A stretch of 64,000 nt of DNA from positions 2,368,001 to 2,432,000 of the forward strand of contig CP147779.1 in NCBI GenBank assembly GCA_037308085.1. The letters run 5' to 3'. Numbering within the stretch: the stretch's first letter is position 1; each line of letters starts with the position of its first letter. Source of the DNA: Promethearchaeati archaeon SRVP18_Atabeyarchaeia-1. Lineage in GTDB: Archaea; Asgardarchaeota; Atabeyarchaeia; Atabeyarchaeales; Atabeyarchaeaceae. Below are positions 49,956 to 59,241 of the stretch, one piece after another. Below the pieces are notes generated by a model. It was not told the origin of the DNA and searched no databases. It saw only the letters and a program-made list of their open reading frames with translations. The position numbers and the translations under genes are program-made.

Positions 49956-50465
49956 CTATCTGAGAGCGGCGAGGATGATTGCCCTGATTATCAGTGATCC
50001 GCCGAGAAGCATTACTATCGCTGCCCAGAACAGGAACCACGTGGTCAATGTTGCAGTCGCAGTGAGGAGTACACCGACTAGGTACCATGCTCCGAACCAC
50101 CAGACCATGCTAGAGAATTCCTCTGCGGTCTTCCAAGGAGGTGAACGGGCGATGACCCTCACCACCAACATGAGTATCGCAAAGAAGCCCCAGCCCAGGC
50201 AGAATAATCCGCCCGCTGCATAGATGTTTGTGTACAGTCCAGGGTTGGACGGCGCAGGGAGCTTCATATCAGTATTAGGAACGATTGCGAGCGTGAAGTT
50301 CAGGAAGAAGGTCTGCAGATCGCTGGAGAGGGTCGGTAAGGTCGAAAAGATCGTGCTGGCTAGGGTGAAGAAGAAAAACAAGCCAACTACGGCGAAGATC
50401 CATTCTGGAAATCTTGGTCGAGGTGTTTGGTCGGTTTGACTCAACGTGTCCGCCTCAAACGCCAT
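49956..50465 (-). CDS. Hypothetical membrane protein
   Basis: 4 TM; LPAPSNP motif. Confidence 0.65.
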   Translation of the reverse strand: MAFEADTLSQTDQTPRPRFPEWIFAVVGLFFFFTLASTIFSTLPTLSSDLQTFFLNFTLAIVPNTDMKLPAPSNPGLYTNIYAAGGLFCLGWGFFAILMLVVRVIARSPPWKTAEEFSSMVWWFGAWYLVGVLLTATATLTTWFLFWAAIVMLLGGSLIIRAIILAALR

Positions 50466-50560
50466 ATTTGATAAATAGGGGATATAACCTTTGTCAGTCT
50501 AGCTTTCTTGGCGTAGGGCTTAAATATCTGCTGGCAGATTACCTAAAAGAGTAGGTCAGG

Positions 50561-51028
50561 GTGAATTCTATGCCTTATTGTCCGCAGTGTGGTCGCAGGG
50601 TAGACGAAACCGTTACTTTCTGCCCAAATTGTGGTGCATCAATCAAGCCTGAGCAGCCTGCAAAGGAGCAACAACCCGGTAAGCAGGTTCAAGCTCCGAA
50701 GACTAGGGCTGAAATGAGGGCTGCAAGACACCAGCGCAGGGCAGAGATGAGTGAGATTCGGCGGGAAGAGAAAGAAGATGAGAAGGCCGAGAAGAAGGAG
50801 AAAGGTGAAAAGGGAGAGAAGCATGAGAAGCGAGAACCCACAGTGGCAGGATTGCTGGCGGGCGGATTCATCATATTCTTCTTGGGCTTCGTATTCTATC
50901 TTGAGATCATGGGCTACATTCCCTCAGAAGTGGCTTGGCCGTTATGGTGGCTGGCTGTTATCGTGGTGCTCATAGGGTTGTCTTTGTATGGAAGGAGACT
51001 CGTGAGGAAAAGGCTCCCGAAGACCTAG
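50561..51028 (+). CDS. Zinc-ribbon membrane protein with EK-rich linker
   Basis: CPQC..CPNC, EKxEK repeats, 2 TM. Confidence 0.75.
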   Translation: MNSMPYCPQCGRRVDETVTFCPNCGASIKPEQPAKEQQPGKQVQAPKTRAEMRAARHQRRAEMSEIRREEKEDEKAEKKEKGEKGEKHEKREPTVAGLLAGGFIIFFLGFVFYLEIMGYIPSEVAWPLWWLAVIVVLIGLSLYGRRLVRKRLPKT

Positions 51029-52167
51029 ACAAGACTTCTGAAAAGCAGCCTGTAGAGTCTGTGCTCCAGTAGCGTGAACTTGTTCCGCCTTCCAAACACA
51101 CGGAAGTAGTTGTTGCCAGCAGATTCTATCATGTCTCCGATGTCGTAGCGCGGATACATGCATGAGGATACTATCAGGCTACCCCATTCACCACGCTTGA
51201 GTTCATGCAACATTCTGGTACCCTTTCCGGTTCTGACCTCGAACAAATACTTATCATAGTTCGGTGTGACGTACGGGAGGTCATCCAGCTGCTGCGCGAA
51301 AACGCCCTCCGTTGCAGTGTACATCTCCACCGCGGGAACTTGCCCGAAATATCTTCTCAGTTTTGGCGCATACTTGAATTGTATCTTTCTGACGCTCGTA
51401 CAGAACAACGCATGGACATTCCATAGCTGTTTGGGCATTTTCCCGTGTCTTTCTCTAACGTACCTGGCGAAGGATAGGATGACGGGAGTCACACCCATCG
51501 TGGCTGTGATGTTTTCGCCGAGCGCTTGCTTGTATGCTAACTCGAATCTTCTTTCCCAGTCTTTCTTGCCGATTCCCGGGCCAAGTGCATCGATATCTTC
51601 TTGCCGCGGAATTAGGCTGACCTCTCCGAGGACCGGATTGATCCTCGCGTACGTGCCCGAACTGTAGCCATATGTTTGGCTCCCGCCTTCCCCGTCGAGG
51701 GTGTGGACTGCTGAGGGGAAGTTTAGGTTCAGAATCCGCCCGTCCATTATTGCGGTGTCGCTCTTCTTTAGCATATAGTTGACGAGCGCTCTCGCGCCGC
51801 AATCAAGAATCTGCTCGAGGTGTTTTCGAGTCACCGGTAATACTTTCGCAGCTCCGGTTGAGCCCCTTGTCATAACCCAGCTGGCTGGTGGCTCAGGGAG
51901 TATTGCCTTGTAGTTTCCTTTTCTTACTTCGGCGATGTATGGGCTGAGTGCTCTGTAATTGATGACTGGAAAGTTCCTTCTGAAGTCCTCGAAGGTTCTG
52001 ACCTTGGTGGCGTGGTGGCTCTTCCCGTAGTAAGTCTGTTCATATTCTTTAGTTAGCTCAAGAAGGGTTCCCATCTGCGATTTGGCGGGATCTCTCAAAG
52101 ACTCGTACCATGAGCCCACCAAAGACTCGAAGATGCTTTTGTTACCATCTCTTTGCATGCTTAACAC
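51025..52167 (-). CDS. GH3-family protein (short form)
   Basis: TRGSTG..KVLP, YTATEG, YPRYDIGD. Confidence 0.8.
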   Translation of the reverse strand: MLSMQRDGNKSIFESLVGSWYESLRDPAKSQMGTLLELTKEYEQTYYGKSHHATKVRTFEDFRRNFPVINYRALSPYIAEVRKGNYKAILPEPPASWVMTRGSTGAAKVLPVTRKHLEQILDCGARALVNYMLKKSDTAIMDGRILNLNFPSAVHTLDGEGGSQTYGYSSGTYARINPVLGEVSLIPRQEDIDALGPGIGKKDWERRFELAYKQALGENITATMGVTPVILSFARYVRERHGKMPKQLWNVHALFCTSVRKIQFKYAPKLRRYFGQVPAVEMYTATEGVFAQQLDDLPYVTPNYDKYLFEVRTGKGTRMLHELKRGEWGSLIVSSCMYPRYDIGDMIESAGNNYFRVFGRRNKFTLLEHRLYRLLFRSLV

Positions 52168-52263
52168 GCAGATGGGCTGCTCTAGTTGTCTTATCCGCGT
52201 CGTATATCTTTTCGATCGTCGATCGTGCAGGGGTGAGAGGTATTGTAGCCACGCTGTCTTTGT

Positions 52264-53703
52264 TCAGATTGGGAAGTCCTTTCTTATGCCTGACAAATAC
52301 TTTGCGATTTCCTTTCTCTGCTTTATGTCGTATTGCTTTAGTATCGCGATTTCTTCCATTACTGGGCTGCCTCCGCCGTGTACGCCGGCTATTTGCATCA
52401 CTCCGGCTAGTCCAGAGCATATGGCGTCGCCTATCGCTCTGTAGCAGCGGTGTATGTTTTCAGCAGGCACATCAGGTTTCCTCATGATGTACTTGTTAAG
52501 TAGCGGTCCCACCTTTGGGTGGTAGAAGTCTTCCTCGTATGGCAGAGTCGCGGCAAGCCCTCCGGCAATATCTGCAAGAATTTCAGCCTCATGGTACGTG
52601 TTCATCCCCGCGTGGCGCCTCCCTACGTTGCAGTAGATGGTGTTGGGAATATACGTTCCTGAAGCATCCTTGGTTGACGTATGTGCAGCGGCAATGCCAC
52701 TAGCGAAGACAAGCTCGGTCGTGCTTATGAGATCAGCTAGCTTTGCCTGAACATGTTTTGCATCTTCAACGCCATTATACTCAGCTACTAGCGCGGTGTA
52801 TCCCATAGTTATATCGCCGATCGCCGGCTTACAACCCGTGTAGCTATGCCTGTGGAACAACGCGAAGAGCAGAGCCAAGATTCCAGCTGCCTCAGTCTCA
52901 CCATTAAGGAATACCCTGTCGTTTGGTATGAAGGCGTCATCGAATATTGTCAATGACTCCACGTCGCCCAAGTGTGCTATGGGAGCGTCCAGCTTCTTTC
53001 TCTCTCTTGGGTTGGTTACCCGGCACACAAGGTGGACATTGTCCCAGTCGGCTGGAATGGCGAAAGCCACTGCCCAGTCTTTTTCTTCTGGCGTCAGAAA
53101 CCTCGTGGGGGTGACGATTATTTCCTCGGCATATCCTGCAATGGTATTATGAGCCTTAGCACCCCTGACTACTATTCCGTCTCTTCGCCTCTCAACGACT
53201 CGCAGGTATAGATCTGGGTCTTTCTGTTCGTGTGGTCTCTTGCTTCTGTCACCCTTAACGTCCGTTTGAGCGCAATTTGCGGCTATATCGTTCTTCTGGA
53301 AGTAATCCAGGTACTTCAGGTAGCGCTTGTTGTAGTCCGTACCGAACTTCTTGTCAACGCCATACGTGACTACTGAGAGGGCATTCATAGCATCAATGCC
53401 CATGCATCTCTGAATACATCCTCCAACCATCCGGCAGAGAGTTCTCGTCATCTCTTGTTTCTTCAGAAGATCATCAACGCTGTGATGTATGTTGCAGAAC
53501 CGGTTGATCTTCTCGCCCGTCAGGTGGGAGGTGGCGGTTAACAGTTTCTCGTATTTCGGATTTGTTGCCAAGTCATACGTGTGCGATATGACGTTTATCC
53601 CAGGCAGAAGCCTCGGATCGTCGCGCCCTATCTCTTCCCCGCCGACATACACGTTCGGCTTCATCGACTTGAGTGTCTGGTAATACTCTTTTGAAGTCTT
53701 CAT
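52264..53703 (-). CDS. abfD: 4-hydroxybutyryl-CoA dehydratase (HpaB/AbfD family)
   Basis: CIQRC and HRHSYTGCK [4Fe-4S] ligand motifs, TDVKGDR, HGGGSP. Confidence 0.8.
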   Translation of the reverse strand: MKTSKEYYQTLKSMKPNVYVGGEEIGRDDPRLLPGINVISHTYDLATNPKYEKLLTATSHLTGEKINRFCNIHHSVDDLLKKQEMTRTLCRMVGGCIQRCMGIDAMNALSVVTYGVDKKFGTDYNKRYLKYLDYFQKNDIAANCAQTDVKGDRSKRPHEQKDPDLYLRVVERRRDGIVVRGAKAHNTIAGYAEEIIVTPTRFLTPEEKDWAVAFAIPADWDNVHLVCRVTNPRERKKLDAPIAHLGDVESLTIFDDAFIPNDRVFLNGETEAAGILALLFALFHRHSYTGCKPAIGDITMGYTALVAEYNGVEDAKHVQAKLADLISTTELVFASGIAAAHTSTKDASGTYIPNTIYCNVGRRHAGMNTYHEAEILADIAGGLAATLPYEEDFYHPKVGPLLNKYIMRKPDVPAENIHRCYRAIGDAICSGLAGVMQIAGVHGGGSPVMEEIAILKQYDIKQRKEIAKYLSGIRKDFPI

Positions 53704-54555
53704 AAGCTTCACTCCTAAGAATCGAGTTCAGTATCATTGAGATAGTTGTTGCTGCATAAATATAAGGAGTATTATGAATGCAAGGTATCAAACCCAAGCC
53801 CGGTTTAGATCTAGTCTTCCAGAAATCGAATCATGTGGAAGGAGTTTCGACGATATATCGATAAATACATCTTCAATCCATACCTCTAGCGCCAGAGGAT
53901 CGGTGTGTTCTATGAAGGTGGAGAATGTCAAGAAGATTGCCGTACTTGGCTCGGGGATCATGGGATCCGGGATAGCTGAAGTAGCTGCTAAGGCGGGATA
54001 CGGTGTCGCAATAACCGACACCTCAGACGAGCTAGTCAAGCACGGAATTGACGGCATCAAGGCGAGCCTCAACAGGATTGTCAATAAAGGAAAGATAACC
54101 AAAGCCGATGCTGATGCTGCACTTTCCAGGATAAAGGGCACGACCGACATGCGTAAAGCAACAGAAGATGCGCAAGTTGTGATTGAGGCGGTCACCGAGG
54201 ACATCGACTTGAAGAAAAGGCTTTTCAAGGAGCTTGACGAAACCTGCCCGAAGGAGACCGTCCTGACCTCGAATACCTCCGCTTTGATGATCACTGACCT
54301 TGCATCCGCTACCACAAGGCAGGACAGATTTATCGGGATGCACTTCTTCAGCCCAGCACAGATTATGAAGCTTGTCGAGATAATTAGGGGTGCGGAGACA
54401 TCCGATGAGACTTTTCAGCTCATAAGGGATCTCTCACTCAAATTCAATAAGGTGCCAATCGCCGTGAGCGATTCGCCGGGGTTCTTCACAACGAGATACA
54501 TTACGGCCTGCGCTGCTGAGGCAATCAGGCTATTCGAAACCAGAATCGCCGGCAT

Positions 54556-54720
54556 AAAAGATATTGACACAATGTCTGACATACTCCCACAGCTAAAGCT
54601 TGTGGGGTTCTGAGGCCGTTGTCGTCCGCAACGTTGCCTCTTGGGGCGTGCCAGTGCTGCCCTCCAGCGCATCCCTGTCTACGCTGGATCGAGAGACGCA
54701 CTCATGGCGCAACGCTATGT
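54556..54720 (-). ncRNA. Predicted TnpB omega/reRNA (scaffold plus ~20-nt guide from flank)
   Basis: Established TnpB architecture; stems such as UCCAGCG/CGCUGGA over the tnpB 3' end; guide ACAUUGUGUCAAUAUCUUUU. Confidence 0.6.
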
Positions 54721-55717
54721 TGAACGACGCGTTGACGTCGGCGTTCTCAACGTGTCCACACGACGGACACTTGAAGTGCTTGCCGCTCCTGGTGCCCATG
54801 TGACCGCACCTTGAACATGCCCTGGATGTGTAGGCTGGTTCAACATAGGCGACGGGTACTCCTTGCAGCCTGGCCTTGTACCCCACAAACCCCTGCAGTT
54901 GGTGGAATGACCAGCTGTTCAAAGAATACCTGAACGACTTTGCCTGCCTTCGGCTTCCGCGGATGCCTTCCAGACGTTCGAGCTTAATGCCTCTGCCAAG
55001 CGATGCAGCAAGACCAACTATCTTCCTGCTAACCTTGTGGTCGAGGTCCCTGATGATCCGGCTCTCTCTATTCTTGATCCGCTTGAGCGTCCTGTACCGT
55101 CCCTGTTTCTGAAGCTTGCGGCGGATGCACTTGTACTTCTTGTGGACGTGTTCTGCCTGCTTTCCGAGCTTCCACACTTTGCCAGTCTCTGGGTCAGATG
55201 CCACAGCAATGTGACCGGTGGTGTTGAGGTCGACGCCAACATACCCCCTCGGCTCGAAGCGCTCCTTCTCTCGGACGGAGACGCATATGTAGGCGTACTC
55301 GTTGCCTATCTCTATCTGGTTGACCGTCTCAAAGTCCGGGAAATGCTCGCACGCCAAGGCGAGTCTCAGGCATGGAATGGTTATGGTGCGCTTCTCCTTG
55401 TCCGTCTTGATGCCTTGCCCTGGCACAGTGAGCTTAATGTTCCGGACCTTCCTGATCTTCTCGTTTCTGCCGTATTTCCTTAGTATCTGGTTTGCTATGC
55501 TGGTCTTGAGGCCTATGTGCTTGACGTCTTTTGAGGAGAAGGTTCGGTGTCTGACCCCGAAGTCTGCTACCTGCCTCGCTTTCCTCAGTTCCTCGCAGAA
55601 GTCTCTGCCATGCTTGACCTTGAGGGTTAAAAGCATGTTACTATCTAAGGCTTGGCCATATTTATATTCGCCATTCATCCCACCCCTAAAGGGCGTGGGC
55701 TTTCTGGCTGATCTTTT
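54576..55717 (-). mobile_element. IS200/IS605 family (IS1341-type, tnpB only) element
   Basis: Left end TTAC|...AAAG-hairpin; right end GAAC-hairpin...TCAG|; no target duplication. Confidence 0.92.
54593..55636 (-). CDS. tnpB: RNA-guided endonuclease TnpB
   Basis: RuvC GVDLN, KLERL, NADVNAS; CSRC/CPSC zinc finger; stop codon lies in the right-end hairpin. Confidence 0.92.
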   Translation of the reverse strand: MLLTLKVKHGRDFCEELRKARQVADFGVRHRTFSSKDVKHIGLKTSIANQILRKYGRNEKIRKVRNIKLTVPGQGIKTDKEKRTITIPCLRLALACEHFPDFETVNQIEIGNEYAYICVSVREKERFEPRGYVGVDLNTTGHIAVASDPETGKVWKLGKQAEHVHKKYKCIRRKLQKQGRYRTLKRIKNRESRIIRDLDHKVSRKIVGLAASLGRGIKLERLEGIRGSRRQAKSFRYSLNSWSFHQLQGFVGYKARLQGVPVAYVEPAYTSRACSRCGHMGTRSGKHFKCPSCGHVENADVNASFNIALRHECVSRSSVDRDALEGSTGTPQEATLRTTTASEPHKL

Positions 55718-55992
55718 GTAAGCTTGCCTTCAACTTTCCAGCTGGACCTATAGAGCTGGCAGATTTCGTGGGGTTGGACACCTTGCTTCATGTTCTTGAA
55801 TACCTGCACAAAGAGACTGGAGACCCTCACTATGCGCCCCCGCTGATAGTTAAGAAGCTCGTGAAGTCTGGCTTCAAGGGATTCAAACCTGGATCAAGAG
55901 GAGGATTTTACGAATACTTCAAGATCAAGAGGGAGCCGATGCTAAAGTGACGGAAAGCTATTCCAGTTACCTTTTCCTCTTGGCGCCTGGGC

Positions 55993-57150
55993 TTACTTCC
56001 CTTTGATATAACTGAGAACGCTTTTGAGTACCTCTAGCGACTCCTTGTTCTTAGCCGGTTCCACCATGCCAGTCATGTTCCAGAAGACGATATGCTGCAG
56101 ACCTACCTTGGCCAGCTTCTCAACTTTTCCGATCAGTTCATCTCTGTTCCCATGAACTAGGCAACACTCAACAACATTATCAGTTACTTTGTTCATCGCA
56201 TCTAGAACCTGGGCTCTTGTATACCTAGTTGGAATGAATTGCGTCAACACATTGAATTTCTCGCCTGGCTTCGAGAATGGGTGCTTGACCTTTGCAGCTT
56301 CGAATGCCCCTTCTTCAGATGTCGCAAGTGTCCAAGCCTTAGCCAGGGGTTTCTTGAATAGTTGGTGACACTCATCATGAGTCTTGGCTGCGAGCGTCAT
56401 GACGTACAGACCTGGAGTTACGGAATCTGGGTTTCGACCCGCCTTCTTCGCCGACTCGCGAATAACATTCAGGTTCTGCCTGTACACTTCGTCAGCGTTG
56501 GGCACGTTGACTCCAACTGGAAGCCAACCGTCAGCCAGCTCGCCAGTTATTCTCAGCATTCTTGGACCCATGGCCCCGAGCCAAATTGGCGGGTATTTAC
56601 CTTTCCTGTACGGCTCGAGTGTTAGAACCGCGTCTTTAAGGGAAGTGAATCTTCCTTTGAAATCCTTCTTCTTGACTTGGTTAGACCATAGTAACCGTAT
56701 TATCTTGAGGTTCTCCTCAAGCTTTGTGACAGGGCAGCTGAAGTCAAGCCCGTATGGTTCGATGTTTTCGATTTCCCCTGCGCCGAGTCCGAGGATCAGC
56801 CTTCCTCCACTGATGTGATCGAGTGTCAGAGCCGTTTGAGCCATGACGGGAGCTGGTCTCCTTATAGTCTCCGTGACGCTTGTTCCAAGCATTATCCTCT
56901 TTGTGGCAGTGGCATGGGCAGCGATAAGAACTAGGGGGTCAGGAAAAGTGTGGGGCGAGCTTTGGAACATTGACAAGGGAGTTATGTCAGGAGTCCAAAT
57001 CGTTTCAGAGAGCCAGCCCATCAGATGGTCAGGGTACCACATGGAGTCATAGCCTGTTTCCTCAATCCTCCTGGCGGTTTCCATAGACTTATCGAATGGA
57101 AAGATAAACGGACCAAGTGTCCCCACCTTGACTTCATGGATGTCAACCAT
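55993..57150 (-). CDS. LLM-class (F420/flavin-dependent) oxidoreductase
   Basis: WYPDH, TLDHISGGRLILGLGAG, PPIWLGAMGPRML...ADGW. Confidence 0.88.
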   Translation of the reverse strand: MVDIHEVKVGTLGPFIFPFDKSMETARRIEETGYDSMWYPDHLMGWLSETIWTPDITPLSMFQSSPHTFPDPLVLIAAHATATKRIMLGTSVTETIRRPAPVMAQTALTLDHISGGRLILGLGAGEIENIEPYGLDFSCPVTKLEENLKIIRLLWSNQVKKKDFKGRFTSLKDAVLTLEPYRKGKYPPIWLGAMGPRMLRITGELADGWLPVGVNVPNADEVYRQNLNVIRESAKKAGRNPDSVTPGLYVMTLAAKTHDECHQLFKKPLAKAWTLATSEEGAFEAAKVKHPFSKPGEKFNVLTQFIPTRYTRAQVLDAMNKVTDNVVECCLVHGNRDELIGKVEKLAKVGLQHIVFWNMTGMVEPAKNKESLEVLKSVLSYIKGK

Positions 57151-57316
57151 GCTCTTCTTCACCACTTGCACAACAATCCAGCTGATATGCCGGGGCAATA
57201 GATATGAGTTCTTCCTCTGATAGGTTCTCCTACTTAAGACTACTTGCAATTGTGAAAAGTTGGGAGAAAGATGGTGGTATAGGGACAGACATAGAAATAT
57301 GGGGAGGAGGGCTCCT

Positions 57317-58249
57317 TCAAGGATTCTCCTCTGTGGGAGCAGCGGTCGGGGAAACTGTGAGTTCCACCAACTTCTCTCCTCTGAGAACGACGAACTTCGA
57401 CTTCTTGCCGATCATGTCTTCGGATAGTAGCTGCGTTAGATCGGGGATATCTCTGATTGGCTTGTCGGTCGCGCGCACAATGATGTCGCCGAAGGCTATG
57501 CCTGCTTTCTTGGCTGGACTGCCGGGCTCGATCTGTAAGACCATTAATCCTCTATCTTGGTCGATCTTCGTTTCTTTTGTTACCTCACTTGGGATTGGAA
57601 TTGGGTTCATCAAGATGCCTAAGAATGCTCGCTTGACCTCTCCGCCTTTCATTAGTCTCTCGACAACGTTCTTTATGGTGTTGATTGGAATAGCTATGCC
57701 TCGACCCCAAGCGAAAGCGGTGTTCATCCCAACCATTCTTCCTGAGGCGTCTATCAGAGGACCGCCTGAGTAACCGGGGTTCAGTCTAGCGTCTGTGACG
57801 ATTGCGTTCTCCATGCTCATTCCGCGCATTCCTCTGAGCGGGCTCCTGACGCTGGTGACAATTCCCGAAGTTGCGGCGGGTTGTCTGTTGAAAGCATTCG
57901 CTAGAGCGAGCACGAATTCCCCTACCTTGATCTCATCGGAGTCTCCAAGCTCAACTGAGGTAAACTCGTTGCCGTCAATCTTCAGAAGCGCCACGTCAGT
58001 GTAGGGGTCACGACCGACGACTTTGGCGTCAATTTGGCCGCCGTCTCCAAGACCTACCTTGACGCTGTGAGCTCTGTGCATAACGTGGTTGGCCGTCACA
58101 ATGTAGCCATCGGAGCTCCACACTACGCCTGTTCCTCCGCCCATGCCAGACTGGACGCTAACCACAGATGGTGATACCTTACTAATCACATCTACGGTTG
58201 CATCGGACAGGGATCTTAGTATCTCTATTGATGAAATTGCATTACTCAT
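57317..58249 (-). CDS. HtrA/DegP-like S1C serine protease with PDZ
   Basis: TANH, D.ALL, NPGYSGGPL, PGSPA..AG. Confidence 0.9.
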   Translation of the reverse strand: MSNAISSIEILRSLSDATVDVISKVSPSVVSVQSGMGGGTGVVWSSDGYIVTANHVMHRAHSVKVGLGDGGQIDAKVVGRDPYTDVALLKIDGNEFTSVELGDSDEIKVGEFVLALANAFNRQPAATSGIVTSVRSPLRGMRGMSMENAIVTDARLNPGYSGGPLIDASGRMVGMNTAFAWGRGIAIPINTIKNVVERLMKGGEVKRAFLGILMNPIPIPSEVTKETKIDQDRGLMVLQIEPGSPAKKAGIAFGDIIVRATDKPIRDIPDLTQLLSEDMIGKKSKFVVLRGEKLVELTVSPTAAPTEENP

Positions 58250-58269
58250 TTACTATTCACCTCGATAAT

Positions 58270-58291
58270 AATAGATCTACACAGATCTATT
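58270..58291. promoter_or_regulatory. Palindromic operator candidate upstream of the protease gene
   Basis: AATAGATCT-ACAC-AGATCTATT. Confidence 0.5.
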
Positions 58292-58317
58292 TGTTGACTG
58301 GGAAAAGCGGAAGTCAG

Positions 58318-59049
58318 TCACATCCAGAGTACTCGTGGACTCAGGCTAGAGTAGTAAAAGTAGCCGACATGTTGGATCCGATCGGGCCTCGAGTAGATCT
58401 TGGTTATATGCTCAATAAGCTGATAAGAGGCTCTCAGCGCGATGTTCAAGTTCTTCTCAGACAGCATCTTCGCTTCGACGTTCAGTGCGCCTTCCGAAAA
58501 GCTCGCGTCAACTTGGATTCCGCCATCTTCAGTGACCCACTTCAGGGTTATGCTCCCTGCCAGCCTAGCATACCCAAGCCAACGGAGCGTACCAAACCAC
58601 TTTCCAGCAAGATCCGAAACAACATCCTTCACCGGCACATCAGGCGGAAGAAGCGTCTGAAGAACTAGCACACCCGGCTCACCTGTTTTCAGTTGTTGTG
58701 TTCCGAGCATTTGCCTCCCTTTTCGCGTAACCTTGTAGCCATTCGGCGTTTTTTCGATCATGCCCTGATCTTCAAATCGATAGAGAACCCGAGATAATGT
58801 CTCTGGATGCATGCCTAGCCTCCGCTTCAAACCATCGAAAGAGAACCTGATCAGAGCTTCATCTACAATCAAGCTCAGCACGTTGTTATCCCACTCACTC
58901 AGCGAAGGATCAGGGGCAGTTGAAATCTCTGGAACCGTTGCTATCACCTCTTGGCAGAGACTAGATCTCCCAGTTCTCGATTGTCTAATAAAACATGCAA
59001 GACCCACAGTTAATATGATGCGTGTCTCTGTTTGCTGTATCAGAGGCAC
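58318..59049 (-). CDS. Winged-helix DNA-binding protein
   Basis: FDGLKRRLGMHPETLSRVL...GMIEK..GYKVT; true start probably downstream. Confidence 0.7.
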   Translation of the reverse strand: MPLIQQTETRIILTVGLACFIRQSRTGRSSLCQEVIATVPEISTAPDPSLSEWDNNVLSLIVDEALIRFSFDGLKRRLGMHPETLSRVLYRFEDQGMIEKTPNGYKVTRKGRQMLGTQQLKTGEPGVLVLQTLLPPDVPVKDVVSDLAGKWFGTLRWLGYARLAGSITLKWVTEDGGIQVDASFSEGALNVEAKMLSEKNLNIALRASYQLIEHITKIYSRPDRIQHVGYFYYSSLSPRVLWM

Positions 59050-59241
59050 GATGGTTAACCCAAAGCTTACAGAACTGCTGACACCTTGACGTCAACCAGG
59101 CTTCCCAGCAGAGGCAGCATTTTCCTCGACATCAAGAAACTGCTAATCGAATAGTAAGTCTTGTGAACACACTACTCCAGATCGTAGCGCTCGTGAGAAA
59201 AACGCTTCCTTGCTCCAATGATTTAAGAACCGGTTGGTGGT

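Larger units (their letters stand above)
53912..55950 (+). pseudogene. hbd: 3-hydroxyacyl-CoA dehydrogenase split by an IS605-type element
   Basis: GSGIMG, SNTS, GMHFFSP; removing 54576-55717 gives in-frame DIDTMCKLAFNFPAGPIELADFVGLD. Confidence 0.9.

Noticed and set aside
59043-59090. Fluoride-riboswitch-like GATGG...GCTGACACC
   Set aside because: P1 stem and pseudoknot pairing do not form convincingly; no fluoride-related gene downstream
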